Shown here: positions 20,872 to 31,210 of the stretch, piece by piece
Position numbering within the stretch: the stretch's first letter is position 1
How the letters are laid out: every line of letters begins with the position of its first letter
From: an uncultured delta proteobacterium
GTDB taxonomy: Bacteria > Desulfobacterota > Desulfomonilia > UBA1062
Length of the DNA: 64,000 nt
Assembly: GCA_963785235.1 (NCBI GenBank)
Contig: CAWAUM010000011.1
Coordinates: forward strand, 32,001 to 96,000
Direction of reading: 5' to 3'
Made by a program: the position numbers and the translations under genes
The notes under the pieces: generated by a model
Databases searched by the model: none
Told to the model about the DNA's origin: nothing
The model's input: only the letters and a program-made list of their open reading frames with translations

Positions 20872-21987
20872 CTACCCTTGTGAAAGAATCCTGGTCAATT
20901 TATTGCAAACATAGTCTATGTCTTCGGGAGTGAGTTGGGCATATGAAGGGAGGTTCAACCCTTGTGCAGACACTCGGTCGGCTACGGGATAGGTTTTCTT
21001 ATCGGAAACTGATCGATACATGGGAAGAGAGTGCATGGGGTAAAAAAACGGCCTTGTCTCGATACCTTCCCCGGCCAGACGCCGCATGACCTCATCGCGT
21101 GAGATGGACAGGCCCTGATCAAGGACAATGCTCGTCATCCAGTAAACACAGCGCGCCCAGGATAATTCCGGTTGCATCGTTATCCCAGGGAGGTTCTCCA
21201 GGCGCTTCTCATAGAGTTGTGCTATTTCACGCCTGCGGGTTATATGCCAGTCGGCCTTCTCCAGCTGTGCCAGCCCTATGGCTGCAGCGATATTCGTCAT
21301 GCGGTAGTTGTAGCCCACCATGGGAAACCAGTATCGACGGGTGGGGTCCATGCCCTGACCCTTCAGGAGGCGCATCTTTTGCGCCAGAACGCTGTCTCCC
21401 GTAACCGCCATCCCACCCTCGCCTGTGGTAAGGATCTTGTTCCCGTAAAAACTGAAGGTGGCAATATCCCCAAGGGACCCGACACGGCGGCCCTTGTAAT
21501 CGGCACCATGTGCCTCGGCGGCATCTTCGATCACGAAGAGGGAATGGGCGCGTGCAACCTCCAGGATGGGGTCCATGTCCACAGGGTGTCCGTAGAGATG
21601 GACTGCGATAATCCCTTTTGTGCGCGGTGTGATGAGGGACTCGATGAGAGAGGTGTTCATGTTCCAGGTGAGAGGTTCAGAGTCTGCGAAGACCGGTGTC
21701 GCACCGCAGTAGGTTACGGCGTTTGCCGTGGCCACGAAGGTCAGCGTCGGAACGATGACCTCGTCGCCGGGGCCCACATCAAATGCTTTAAGGGCAAGGT
21801 GGAGGGCAACAGTCCCGTTGCTGCAGGTGATGGCATGGCCGGTATTGCAGAAGCGGGCGAACTCTTCTTCAAAGAGATCTATGTACTTGCCGCACGAGGA
21901 TATCCATGAGGTGTCCATGCAATCCAGCACATATTTTCTTTCGTTTCCGATCAGGGCCGGGGCGGCGACAGGAATGGAGCGCTTCAT
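20872..21987 (-). CDS. DegT/DnrJ/EryC1/StrS aminotransferase, GDP-perosamine synthase-like
   Basis: WISSCGKY, SNGTVALHLAL, EDAAEAHG, FSFYGNKILTTGEGG, YNYRMTN. Confidence 0.85.
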   Translation of the reverse strand: MKRSIPVAAPALIGNERKYVLDCMDTSWISSCGKYIDLFEEEFARFCNTGHAITCSNGTVALHLALKAFDVGPGDEVIVPTLTFVATANAVTYCGATPVFADSEPLTWNMNTSLIESLITPRTKGIIAVHLYGHPVDMDPILEVARAHSLFVIEDAAEAHGADYKGRRVGSLGDIATFSFYGNKILTTGEGGMAVTGDSVLAQKMRLLKGQGMDPTRRYWFPMVGYNYRMTNIAAAIGLAQLEKADWHITRRREIAQLYEKRLENLPGITMQPELSWARCVYWMTSIVLDQGLSISRDEVMRRLAGEGIETRPFFYPMHSLPMYRSVSDKKTYPVADRVSAQGLNLPSYAQLTPEDIDYVCNKLTRILSQG

Positions 21988-23309
21988 GTTCTCTTTCTCT
22001 CCTTAGATCTTGGATCTCTCATCCAGTCCCAACTCAACAGATGTTCATCCTCCACGGTAAGGGGATGACGCGATGCCCTCCGGTAGACAGCGCGATATGC
22101 CTTTGCAGTCCGTTCCCAGTCGAAATCCTTCAACCTTGTCGCCCCGTTATGTTGGAGCCTTTCACGAAGGTTCGAATCGGATGCCATTTGATGGAGGGCT
22201 TCAGAGATGTTGTCTGTCGAGAGGGGATCGAACAGCAGTGCGGCATTGCCTGCCTGTTCCGGCAGCGAGGTGATATTCGAGCAGGCAACCGGTGTCCCTT
22301 CCTGCCATGCCTCGAACACCGGTCCGCTCGCTGCTTCGAACAGGGTGGGAACCATGACGAATTGTGCTAGCCTGTAGAGTGCCCGCAAGTCCTCCGGCGG
22401 AACCTGGCCGAGAAATCGGACGGAGTCCTGTAGGCGAAGTTCGGTGATCCGTGATTCTATCTTTGGCCAGTACCCGGGATATTTCCCTCCGGTACAGACC
22501 AGGGATAGTTTACTGCCGTCCTTTACCCGCACCATTGCTAATGCCTCAAGGAGCCTGAGATGGTTCTTATGCTCCCAGGTCACGGCCGGATACAGGGCAA
22601 AGGGAAGATCCAGTGAATAGGTCTTTTTCACCCTGTCCAGTTGTTCTGGTGAGGGTTGCCTATAGGCCTGAGTCGGGGGGGCCCAGGGGATGATCTGAAC
22701 CTTGCCGGGAGAGACATGGTACTTGTCTATGACGTCCTGCTTGACCCAGTTTGACCCGACTGCAACGGTATGGGCGAAGCGGCATCCGGCAGGGTATATG
22801 ACCTCCCTGATTGCTATGGTCTGCGGGGTGAAAAACTTGGGAAAATGGAGATGCTGCAGGTCATGCGGGTTGAATATTGAAGGGATGGCACAGAGTACGA
22901 AATGCTGGAAAGGGAAGTGTATCACATGGCAATCAAGACTCTCATAGAAACCGTCCGAAACAGGGACTTCCGGCCACTGGCATACCGGGACCGGTGGTAT
23001 CAGAAGGCTGTGCATGTATCGGTAGAGAGGGCCTATCTTGCAGGAATTCAGTATTCTTAACAATGTATTCGTGCGACCTGACCCGGCATTCGCAACCTGT
23101 GGAGCGCATACCTTCCTGAAGTTCCTTCCCATATATGGTGTAAGCCAGTCAGGGTTATCAGGGTGTGTGATTACAAGGTATTCTGTAGATCCGTCATCCA
23201 GGTTGCTTAAGGCTTTGACCAACCCGATTAATACGCTTTCGACACCCCCGGAACCGGAATCCGGTATTACCTGGGCATATATTGCTACTTTTAACCTCTC
23301 GTTATTCAT
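21984..23309 (-). CDS. Glycosyltransferase family 4 (mannosyl/perosaminyltransferase-like)
   Basis: HDLQH, YPAVTWEHKNH, PVACSNITSLPE. Confidence 0.8.
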   Translation of the reverse strand: MNNERLKVAIYAQVIPDSGSGGVESVLIGLVKALSNLDDGSTEYLVITHPDNPDWLTPYMGRNFRKVCAPQVANAGSGRTNTLLRILNSCKIGPLYRYMHSLLIPPVPVCQWPEVPVSDGFYESLDCHVIHFPFQHFVLCAIPSIFNPHDLQHLHFPKFFTPQTIAIREVIYPAGCRFAHTVAVGSNWVKQDVIDKYHVSPGKVQIIPWAPPTQAYRQPSPEQLDRVKKTYSLDLPFALYPAVTWEHKNHLRLLEALAMVRVKDGSKLSLVCTGGKYPGYWPKIESRITELRLQDSVRFLGQVPPEDLRALYRLAQFVMVPTLFEAASGPVFEAWQEGTPVACSNITSLPEQAGNAALLFDPLSTDNISEALHQMASDSNLRERLQHNGATRLKDFDWERTAKAYRAVYRRASRHPLTVEDEHLLSWDWMRDPRSKERKRT

Positions 23310-23971
23310 TATCCCTTGACCCTCGCAGGAATACCGACGGCGGTAACATTGTCAGGAATATCCGTTGCCACAACCGCCCCTGCGCCGATTATGGAGTTTT
23401 TACCTATAGTGTGTCTCTCAATAGTAACTGCCCCAGCCCCGATATATGAACCTGGATTTATTGAAGTATGACCTGAGATGCGGCATCCCGGGGAAACGGT
23501 GACAAAGTCGTGCAGGATTGAATCATGACCTATTGTACAGTGCCAGTTTACAACAACATGAGATCCAATAGAGACATCAACGCTCAGAAGGCTGCCTGCA
23601 CAAATTATCGATCCGGGACCTATCGTTATTGTCTTATGGTCATACCTGACTGAAGGATGGATCAATGTTGCAAACACACAACCGAGTTTCTCTGCCTGCT
23701 TGACCGCTCTTTGCCGGACTGCCGGATTGCTGATGGCTACTATGGCTGATAAATCAGGTAGAAATTTCTTTATTTTATTTGTATTCAGAAGAGGTATTCC
23801 GTTGATGGTTGCACTGCTGGATGATTCTCTCTCATCACCTTCCCAGAATCCTATGATGTTCCAGACAGGTTCTTTCACTTGATTAATATCGGAAACAAGC
23901 CATGCAACTTCCCTCGCAAATCCTGCCCCGCCTAATATAAGAAGATTTTTAAGGGAACTATTTCTCGGCAT
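23309..23971 (-). CDS. PglD/NeuD/PerB-like sugar acetyltransferase
   Basis: GGAGFAREV, ATLIHPS, hexapeptide repeats, VGIPAR. Confidence 0.85.
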   Translation of the reverse strand: MPRNSSLKNLLILGGAGFAREVAWLVSDINQVKEPVWNIIGFWEGDERESSSSATINGIPLLNTNKIKKFLPDLSAIVAISNPAVRQRAVKQAEKLGCVFATLIHPSVRYDHKTITIGPGSIICAGSLLSVDVSIGSHVVVNWHCTIGHDSILHDFVTVSPGCRISGHTSINPGSYIGAGAVTIERHTIGKNSIIGAGAVVATDIPDNVTAVGIPARVKG

Positions 23972-23994
23972 GTAACATTACCCCTTGGATGCTT

Positions 23995-24882
23995 TCATTG
24001 GCCATCCTGCATAGGCTTTTTTATGGTTATTCCGAGCACCGCCATCCCCCGGATGTCATCGATTGAATCATAATATCTCATACATTTTGACATATAGTAA
24101 GGATCCTTTACCGTCTCCCAGAGGCCCCGGGTAATCCATCGCTTCTCATACTCCTCGAAAAATCCCTCTTCGAGCTCTCCGAATATCTCCGTGTCTACAA
24201 CCTCATACCCGGGCACCTTGGAAAGGAGTCGTTTGTCGATGGTCGTCTGATCATAGTAGCGCTGGAAGAAGAATTTCCCGTTTTTCTTCTCGACATTCAG
24301 ACCATATACATTGTCATCCCTGAATTCCTCTGTGTACGCCCTTTTTATAGGGAAGGTCAGAACCAGTTTCCCTCCGGGCTTAAGTGCTCTCCACATCTCC
24401 GCCATGGCGGCACTGTCGCCTGAGCCGTTTATATGCTCAATAACGCTTATAGATATAATATCATCGACAGAGTTATCCCTGAAAGGCAGATTTGTGGCAT
24501 CGGCAATGTTTTCAGAGTATTTTGATCCTAGATCAATATATTTTTTCATGTGTTCGGTTTGATCGATCTCTCTTTTGTCAGGATTTAAGTAGGTATATTT
24601 TAGGTTATATCGATGAGCTATATAAAAACCAAATAAATATGGCGAAGATATATCTATTATCTGTTTTGCATCAATATGATGGCCAAGATTCCTTTTACAA
24701 TAATCAAACTCAAAATACCTGACACAGGAGACAGGGTTCAGAATCAAAGGTAATGCTATGATTTTATCTAACAATAATCTTAAGCCCAAGAGCCTTCCAA
24801 AAGAATCAAATTCTCGGCCCAATAAGTTTCGGGGAGTTGCAAGATAATAATATAATGTTTTTAAAATTAGGAAGAATCGCAT
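23995..24882 (-). CDS. Class I SAM-dependent methyltransferase
   Basis: DATNLPF, ISVIEHI, LKPGGKLVLT; AT-rich 5' half. Confidence 0.7.
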   Translation of the reverse strand: MRFFLILKTLYYYLATPRNLLGREFDSFGRLLGLRLLLDKIIALPLILNPVSCVRYFEFDYCKRNLGHHIDAKQIIDISSPYLFGFYIAHRYNLKYTYLNPDKREIDQTEHMKKYIDLGSKYSENIADATNLPFRDNSVDDIISISVIEHINGSGDSAAMAEMWRALKPGGKLVLTFPIKRAYTEEFRDDNVYGLNVEKKNGKFFFQRYYDQTTIDKRLLSKVPGYEVVDTEIFGELEEGFFEEYEKRWITRGLWETVKDPYYMSKCMRYYDSIDDIRGMAVLGITIKKPMQDGQ

Positions 24883-24896
24883 TTATACGGAGACTG

Positions 24897-26228
24897 TCAT
24901 TTTGTGCAGAATAAAAGTTTTCTTGGAGAAGGGGATGACTCTGAGATTTCTATCTGGTGATAGTATTTTTTTAGAGCTTTTATGAAATTTTCAATAGTAT
25001 ACCATGCATGCTGATCGCCTATCCAGTTGCTTACATGGATATCATCTGCAGGCACAAATTCTACGATGAGCCATTTTCCCGTGAATTCAGATAACTGTTT
25101 GGCAATGGCCTCAAATGATAAGTTTCTCTTAAATACAAGATGATGCGTTACAGCCAGTGCGAGTACCATTTCTGCCCGGAGCCTCATGATTGCACCCTGG
25201 TACGAGTTTGCTAATCCATGCGCAGGGGTGGGTCTGCAGAAATCCATGATAAGCGGGAGTATGCTGCAGTTCGTCTGCTTGGTATAATCATAAAGAGAGT
25301 TTATGCTTGATTCATCGATGTCTACAGCTATTACATCGATACCCTGCTGAATGGCGAGTTTTGAATACCAGCCCCTGTTGCATCCTATATCGAGTAATGT
25401 CCCGGGGTTTGTTTTTTGCAGCAGGGTATAGATAGTATTTATTCTGGCCGGCCATTCATTGCATGGGCTTAAGGGATATTTGTCGGGCCCTTCATAATCC
25501 GTCCACTCAGTTTTTTTTGTCCCGATTGTTATTGATTGAACCATTTTATCTAGCTCATAAAAGAATTCTTGGTCTAAGATGTTGGTTTTTATTCTTGCCT
25601 TTCTATCTGAAAGAATAAAGTGCAGTTCATGAATTAATGGTATCCGCATGAACAGTAATCGTATGATATCGGCATACAAAGGCGGATTTATTGTTTCAGA
25701 CAGCAGCGTATGTGCAAGGTCATTTCTGCCCGCAGACATCAAGTATAACGGGCATAAAAACCATGCCCTGAACTCTGTATATGGCCAGTTGGTGCTGCCG
25801 GTTGCCGGCACAATGGAGCCCCAGTCGACAAAGAAGGGCCGGCCAGCATGAAAAAGAACGTTCCAGGGATGGGCATCTTTAATCGTCAAACCCATTCCAA
25901 GCAATTTTCTGCTGAGATTGCAGATCATCATGGCTGCATCCTTGAGCATCTCAGAGCTCCACTCCATGCAGTAAGAGACATGGGGAATTCGTTTGTGTCT
26001 CATCACTAATGGGTAGTCATCAAGAGTATGTTCTGTCACCTCAGCCGGAACCAAACCAGCTTCAAATAAGCAATCAAGTTGTTCGCTGCTCAATAGATCG
26101 CGGTAAAATTTATCTTTACCTGCTCTTATGGCTCTAAATACTTCTCCCTTCCACCAGAATACCTTCCCGGCTCCATCCACCATGGATGCAGGTTCGAAAA
26201 TTATTTCATCTGTCGGAACACGACTCAT
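24897..26228 (-). CDS. Kinase-like N-domain + SAM methyltransferase C-domain protein (NoeA-like)
   Basis: IKDAHPWNVLF...FVDWGS in the N half; LLDIGCNRG, LALAVTHHL, LIVEFV in the C half; ATGA overlap with the wzt stop. Confidence 0.65.
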   Translation of the reverse strand: MSRVPTDEIIFEPASMVDGAGKVFWWKGEVFRAIRAGKDKFYRDLLSSEQLDCLFEAGLVPAEVTEHTLDDYPLVMRHKRIPHVSYCMEWSSEMLKDAAMMICNLSRKLLGMGLTIKDAHPWNVLFHAGRPFFVDWGSIVPATGSTNWPYTEFRAWFLCPLYLMSAGRNDLAHTLLSETINPPLYADIIRLLFMRIPLIHELHFILSDRKARIKTNILDQEFFYELDKMVQSITIGTKKTEWTDYEGPDKYPLSPCNEWPARINTIYTLLQKTNPGTLLDIGCNRGWYSKLAIQQGIDVIAVDIDESSINSLYDYTKQTNCSILPLIMDFCRPTPAHGLANSYQGAIMRLRAEMVLALAVTHHLVFKRNLSFEAIAKQLSEFTGKWLIVEFVPADDIHVSNWIGDQHAWYTIENFIKALKKYYHQIEISESSPSPRKLLFCTK

Positions 26229-27493
26229 TTCAGTTCTTCCCATTTTTGTTGCAGGAGACATAAGGCTGTCTGTCTGGTGGTGCTCCTTCCTGTGCCGTAA
26301 AAATCGGCAGGTTCGATATCAAGGGTGGTTATGTAGGGGATATGGTCAACAAGGTCTTCGTTCACCAATATGGCTACATTGACGATGCATGGACCCGGAG
26401 AGAGATTGACGGGCCCGGTTATACAGGAAACATAGCCATCTGGCTTGAGATCCTTTGGTATTCCTCCTGTTGTGCGGGAGTCCAGGAAAAAAATCGGCCT
26501 GTTCAATTGATCATAGATGCCGACGAGGAAATTTACTCCTGATGGGGGATACTGGGAAGCATATCCTATCTTTATCTGCATTGAATCACCGGACTGTATC
26601 GAGGGGCTGCCTTTTGAGCTTGTTATTGAAAAGGATGTTACACGGACACGCCCGTCTCCTTTTCGATCGGTCCTCTTGTCCAGGGGGACTCTTGTTTTTA
26701 CCGTGGTATCCTGCATGTATTGATTCACGACATCCTCCGTGGCTCCGCCGGTGATGAGCGTACCGTGATCGAATAAAAACGACCTCGTGCACAGAGAAAT
26801 AACTGCCGCCAGATTATGGCTGACGAACAGGATGGTCCTTCCTTCCTTTGCCACGTCACCCATCTTTCCCAGACATTTCTTCTGGAATGAGGCATCGCCG
26901 ACCGCCAGCACCTCATCGACAAGCAGGATTTCCGGCTCAAGATGTGCCGCCACGGCAAAGGCCAGACGCACATACATGCCGCTGGAATAGCGTTTCACCG
27001 GGGTGTCGAGGAATTTTTCGATCTCGCTGAAGGCGATGATCTCGTCAAATTTTTTATCGATCTCATGTTTGCGCATGCCCAGGATCGTACCGTTGAGGTA
27101 GATGTTCTCCCGGCCGGTCAGCTCAGGGTGGAACCCTGTACCGACTTCCAGAAGGCTTGATATCCGGCCGTTCAGTCTGATGTCTCCTGATGTGGGACTT
27201 GTAATCCTGCTCAGGATTTTTAGAAGGGTGCTCTTCCCGGCCCCGTTCCTGCCGATAATTCCCACGACTTCCCCGGGGAGGATGGAGAAGGTGACGTCTT
27301 TCAATGCCCAGATGATATCTGATTTTGATTGATCTTCCTCGACCCTGGTCATTCTTCTGAGTCTCATTAAATTGCGGACAGGTGCAAGGAATGCATCGGT
27401 AAGGGCCTCCCGGAAGGTTTTGTTGATCCGCTCCTGTGAACCTATATGATATTGTTTTGATATATTTCGGACTTCAATGATCGGTTCAGGCAC
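26225..27493 (-). CDS. wzt: Polysaccharide ABC transporter ATPase with C-terminal extension (Wzt_C-like)
   Basis: GRNGAGKS, GTGFHPELTGREN, YSSGM, VDEVLAVGD, plus a long C-terminal domain. Confidence 0.9.
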   Translation of the reverse strand: MPEPIIEVRNISKQYHIGSQERINKTFREALTDAFLAPVRNLMRLRRMTRVEEDQSKSDIIWALKDVTFSILPGEVVGIIGRNGAGKSTLLKILSRITSPTSGDIRLNGRISSLLEVGTGFHPELTGRENIYLNGTILGMRKHEIDKKFDEIIAFSEIEKFLDTPVKRYSSGMYVRLAFAVAAHLEPEILLVDEVLAVGDASFQKKCLGKMGDVAKEGRTILFVSHNLAAVISLCTRSFLFDHGTLITGGATEDVVNQYMQDTTVKTRVPLDKRTDRKGDGRVRVTSFSITSSKGSPSIQSGDSMQIKIGYASQYPPSGVNFLVGIYDQLNRPIFFLDSRTTGGIPKDLKPDGYVSCITGPVNLSPGPCIVNVAILVNEDLVDHIPYITTLDIEPADFYGTGRSTTRQTALCLLQQKWEELK

Positions 27494-27506
27494 GGCCGTT
27501 CCTTAT

Positions 27507-28346
27507 CTAGAGCACATCTGCAAAGTACCGCTCAACCTGTTTGAAGTACACGAGGCCCACCAGAAAAAGGGTAAGGCTCACCAGGGACGAGACCAGGACT
27601 GTGGGGGTCGGAAAGGTATCGGTTCTCAGGAGGGCTGACCGGAACCCCTCAATGATACCGACCATGGGGTTCAAGGCGTAATAGATACGATATCTCTCGG
27701 GTATCAGGGAGGAGGGATAAACGATGGGAGAGGCAAACATCCACAGCTGCACGAGGAAAGGTATGGTGTATTGGATGTCCCGGTACTTTGCATTCAGGGC
27801 AGCCAGGATCATGCCGACGCCACTGGCGGTAAGGATCAGGAGAAGAACCAGGAAGGGGAGGAAAACGATGGATGAAGAGGGATAGATATGAAAATAAAAC
27901 ATCATGAGGATCAACACGATAAACGCAATACAGAAATCCATCAGCCCTGAAAGCACGGGGGTAAGAGGTATGATGATCCGGGGAAAATAAATCTTGGAGA
28001 TGAGATTGCCCTCCCCGACAATGCTGTTCCCTGATTGGCTCAGCGCTTGGGAAAAATATGCCCAGACAACCATTGCCGAGAAGTTGAAGATGGGGTACGG
28101 GATGCCGTCGGATGGGATCTTTGCGAGTTTCCCGAAAAAGAGTGTGAATACCACCATCATGAAGAAGGGTTGGATAACAGCCCAAAGCCCCCCGAGAACC
28201 GTCTGTTTATATTTAACCTTAATATTCCTTTTGATCATGAAGAAGAGCAGGTCCCTGTAATGAATGATCTCTCCCAGGTCGACGTACTGGAAACCCTTCT
28301 GGGGTTTGATATGGATGTGGGGTTTCCGTGAGGGGAAGGTATTCAT
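27507..28346 (-). CDS. wzm: Polysaccharide ABC transporter permease
   Basis: KYKQTVLGGLW, KIYFPR, SPIVYP, LNPM; adjacent to wzt. Confidence 0.9.
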   Translation of the reverse strand: MNTFPSRKPHIHIKPQKGFQYVDLGEIIHYRDLLFFMIKRNIKVKYKQTVLGGLWAVIQPFFMMVVFTLFFGKLAKIPSDGIPYPIFNFSAMVVWAYFSQALSQSGNSIVGEGNLISKIYFPRIIIPLTPVLSGLMDFCIAFIVLILMMFYFHIYPSSSIVFLPFLVLLLILTASGVGMILAALNAKYRDIQYTIPFLVQLWMFASPIVYPSSLIPERYRIYYALNPMVGIIEGFRSALLRTDTFPTPTVLVSSLVSLTLFLVGLVYFKQVERYFADVL

Positions 28347-28471
28347 GCGTATTATCTCGATACAGCTCCGCCTACCCGGGTGTCAGCGGGGATGGCAGAG
28401 AATAATCCAGTTCATGCAGTGACCTGTGGCAGTTTATTATCTGCATGTATTGGATGACATACATAGCATCT

Positions 28472-29602
28472 TCATCCATTCTTTTCCATGATGAGCTGAT
28501 GGTAACTGCTAATAAATCCCCTGGCAATAGAGCTCCAGGAGATAGAACTTCTCATTACCTGACTTTTCTCTTCAAGTACAGAGATGGGAATAGCCCCTGA
28601 GAGCGCTTTGATGATCTTACCGGCGAGGTCTTCGGCATCTCTGGGTCTGAACAGGTATCCGTCTTTGCCGTCACTCACCAGGGACCTGTTTGCATCGATA
28701 TCGGTCACGACGGGTGTCAGTCGTGCGGCGATGGCCTCCAGGAGCGCGGGGGATGTGCCGTCGGCAATGGCCGGGGAGACATAGACGGATGCCTGTTCCA
28801 TCAATGCGGGTATCTGATCCGAAGGGATGAGGCCAAGGAACCGGATATGCTCTGTCGCGCCGATCTCCTGCGTGAGTTTCTTCAGGCGGGCCTCTTGTGA
28901 ACCCGTGCCTGCGATGACAATTTTCGCATCCGGAATAGTTTCAATAATAAAGGGAACGCTCCGGATCAATGTTTCGGTATCGTAGACAGGTTCAAGGCTC
29001 CGGGTATAGATGACGGTTTTTGTTTGTCTCCCCGGGTGAATCCTGAAGAACACCTCATCGACACCCATGGGTATCACCTCGGTATTCCGGAGCGATTCCC
29101 TTTCCTTCATGCTTGGGGAGACCACGACCGTCTTGTGTGAGAGTCTCACCGCCAGATCAAAGAGGGCCCGTATCGGCTGTTGTTCGCTGATGCGCATGTC
29201 CAGGCCATGTGCCGTATTGAGGACCGGCACCCGGAGAATGCGGCCGGCAACAGCAGCTATCAGGCCTGTGGGCACTATCCAGTTGCCGTGTATCACATCG
29301 GGTTTATGTGTTGAGATGAGGTGAGTGCCTTTATACAGCCCGGATACCATGAAGACGGCCATTGGGATAACCGGGATCGAATCCATCTGGTTCAGCTGTT
29401 TTTCACTGCTCGGGAACCAGAAGCGATAGATCTTAATTCCGCTGTCCTCTTCGAAACAGGGGCTCTGCTTCAGGATCTTCGGGGTGAGGACCAGGACATC
29501 CAGCCCGCTCTTTATCAGTTCAAGGCAGAGCTTTCTGATGAAGATGCCCCGCTGTGAGCCTGGATAATCGGGATAGGATGTGGTCACCAGAAGTACTTTC
29601 AT
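28472..29602 (-). CDS. Glycosyltransferase family 4
   Basis: TTSYP, HGNWIVP, TAHGLD, DGTSPALLEA. Confidence 0.85.
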   Translation of the reverse strand: MKVLLVTTSYPDYPGSQRGIFIRKLCLELIKSGLDVLVLTPKILKQSPCFEEDSGIKIYRFWFPSSEKQLNQMDSIPVIPMAVFMVSGLYKGTHLISTHKPDVIHGNWIVPTGLIAAVAGRILRVPVLNTAHGLDMRISEQQPIRALFDLAVRLSHKTVVVSPSMKERESLRNTEVIPMGVDEVFFRIHPGRQTKTVIYTRSLEPVYDTETLIRSVPFIIETIPDAKIVIAGTGSQEARLKKLTQEIGATEHIRFLGLIPSDQIPALMEQASVYVSPAIADGTSPALLEAIAARLTPVVTDIDANRSLVSDGKDGYLFRPRDAEDLAGKIIKALSGAIPISVLEEKSQVMRSSISWSSIARGFISSYHQLIMEKNG

Positions 29603-29771
29603 TGGGATTGTCCTATACCATTTCGTCATGTAAGCACAAGGGGATAGCTTAAGATCTCCTCAGCAGAAACGCCTGCGCAATTCTGCACTGCCCCTCAGTT
29701 CGATTTCATGCAGGAGGGGATTATGGATAGGTACTCTCTAGTAATGCTGTATGACAAACATACTTAACATA

Positions 29772-29801
29772 TTGACAACAGCTTGCAGCTGGTGAGATAA
29801 T
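29772..29801 (+). promoter_or_regulatory. sigma70-like promoter for the acyl-CoA cluster
   Basis: TTGACA-N18-GATAAT with TGn extension. Confidence 0.45.
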
Positions 29802-29988
29802 ACCTTAAGATATGTTCCGTTGATCAGCAGTGTAATGCAATAACATCCATGAATATAATTGTTACTTTTCCCATCGGCCGCGTGCTTCTTTTTTTATTGA
29901 TCATCCATCATGGAATCGTGGCTTTGCCTGGGGATCGTATTAAAAGAGGTCAGGTACACTACGATAAAGGCAGGTCTGAAGACAAGAA

Positions 29989-31185
29989 ATGGAATCCCTA
30001 CTCTCCGGCATCAAGATCCTCGACTTCACCTATCTCCTCCCCGGGCCCTTTGCCACCATGATCCTGTCGGATCTGGGGGCCGAGGTGCTGCGTGTGGAGT
30101 CCCACACCCGTATCGACATGGCCCGTCTCGCCCCGCCCTACGTGGACAAGGCAGGCACGGTGTCGTGCATGCACGCCTACCTCAACCGGAACAAGAGGTC
30201 CATTGCGCTCGACCTCAAGTATGACGAGAGCATCGCCATCATCAAGCGGCTGATTTCGGAAAAGGGCTATGACGTGGTGATCGAGCAGTTCCGCCCCGGG
30301 GCCATGGGGCGTCTCGGGCTCTCTTATGAGACACTGTCGGAAATCAAGCCGGGCCTCATCTACTGCTCCATCACGGGCTACGGCCAGACCGGGCCTCTTC
30401 GCGACAGGGCCGGCCACGACATCAACTATCTCTCCCTGGCCGGTGTCATGAGCTATTCCGGGTCCAAGGGTGGCGGGCCGTGTCTCATGGGCATCCAGAT
30501 GGCCGATGTGGGATCGGGGTCGAACAATGCCGCCATCGGGCTGATGGCTGCCATCATTCACCGGATGAAGACCGGCAAGGGCCAGTACATCGATGTCTCC
30601 ATGACCGACGGTGTGTTTCCCTACCACGTGGTGAGCGGTCTGGGCTGCCTTGTGGGCGGCCCTGAACCGGGATATGAGACCGAGATCCTGAATGGCGGCT
30701 CGCTGTATGGCTTTTATAAAACATCTGATAATAAATACCTCTCCTATGGCGGCCTCGAGCCGCAGTTCTTAAGCGCGTTCCTCACTGCCCTGGGTCTTTC
30801 CTCCTATATCCCCAGGCTCATGGAGCAAGGTATCGGGGATGAGGTGAAGCAGCGGGTGACTGAAGTCATCGGCTCCCGCGAACTCTCCCACTGGGAAGAC
30901 GTATTCAGGGACGTCGATGCCTGCGTGGACCCGGTGCTCTCGGTGAAAGAGGCCGCCATGAGCTCTCATGCCAGGGCCAGGGGGATCATCGTGGATGTTC
31001 CCGGGCCCGATGGAATCCCTATCCCTCAGATTGCATACCCAGTACGGTTTTCAGATTATAAACCTGAATACCACCGGGCAGGTCCGTCGCTCGGCCAGGA
31101 TACCGGTGATGTTTTGAATGACCTCGGGCTTTCCGGGGCTGATATAGCGGATTTGAAATCTAAGGGAATCATTTCAGGGGTGTAA
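29989..31185 (+). CDS. CaiB/BaiF family III CoA-transferase (alpha-methylacyl-CoA racemase-like)
   Basis: LPGPFATMILSDLGAEV, NRNKRSIALDLK, EQFRPG, AGHDINY. Confidence 0.9.
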   Translation: MESLLSGIKILDFTYLLPGPFATMILSDLGAEVLRVESHTRIDMARLAPPYVDKAGTVSCMHAYLNRNKRSIALDLKYDESIAIIKRLISEKGYDVVIEQFRPGAMGRLGLSYETLSEIKPGLIYCSITGYGQTGPLRDRAGHDINYLSLAGVMSYSGSKGGGPCLMGIQMADVGSGSNNAAIGLMAAIIHRMKTGKGQYIDVSMTDGVFPYHVVSGLGCLVGGPEPGYETEILNGGSLYGFYKTSDNKYLSYGGLEPQFLSAFLTALGLSSYIPRLMEQGIGDEVKQRVTEVIGSRELSHWEDVFRDVDACVDPVLSVKEAAMSSHARARGIIVDVPGPDGIPIPQIAYPVRFSDYKPEYHRAGPSLGQDTGDVLNDLGLSGADIADLKSKGIISGV

Positions 31186-31210
31186 ATGAACATGAAAGGG
31201 GGATTCAGTT

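Noticed and set aside
28346-28472. JUMPStart/ops element before wzm
   Set aside because: GGTAGGCGGAGC does not match the GGCGGTAG ops consensus
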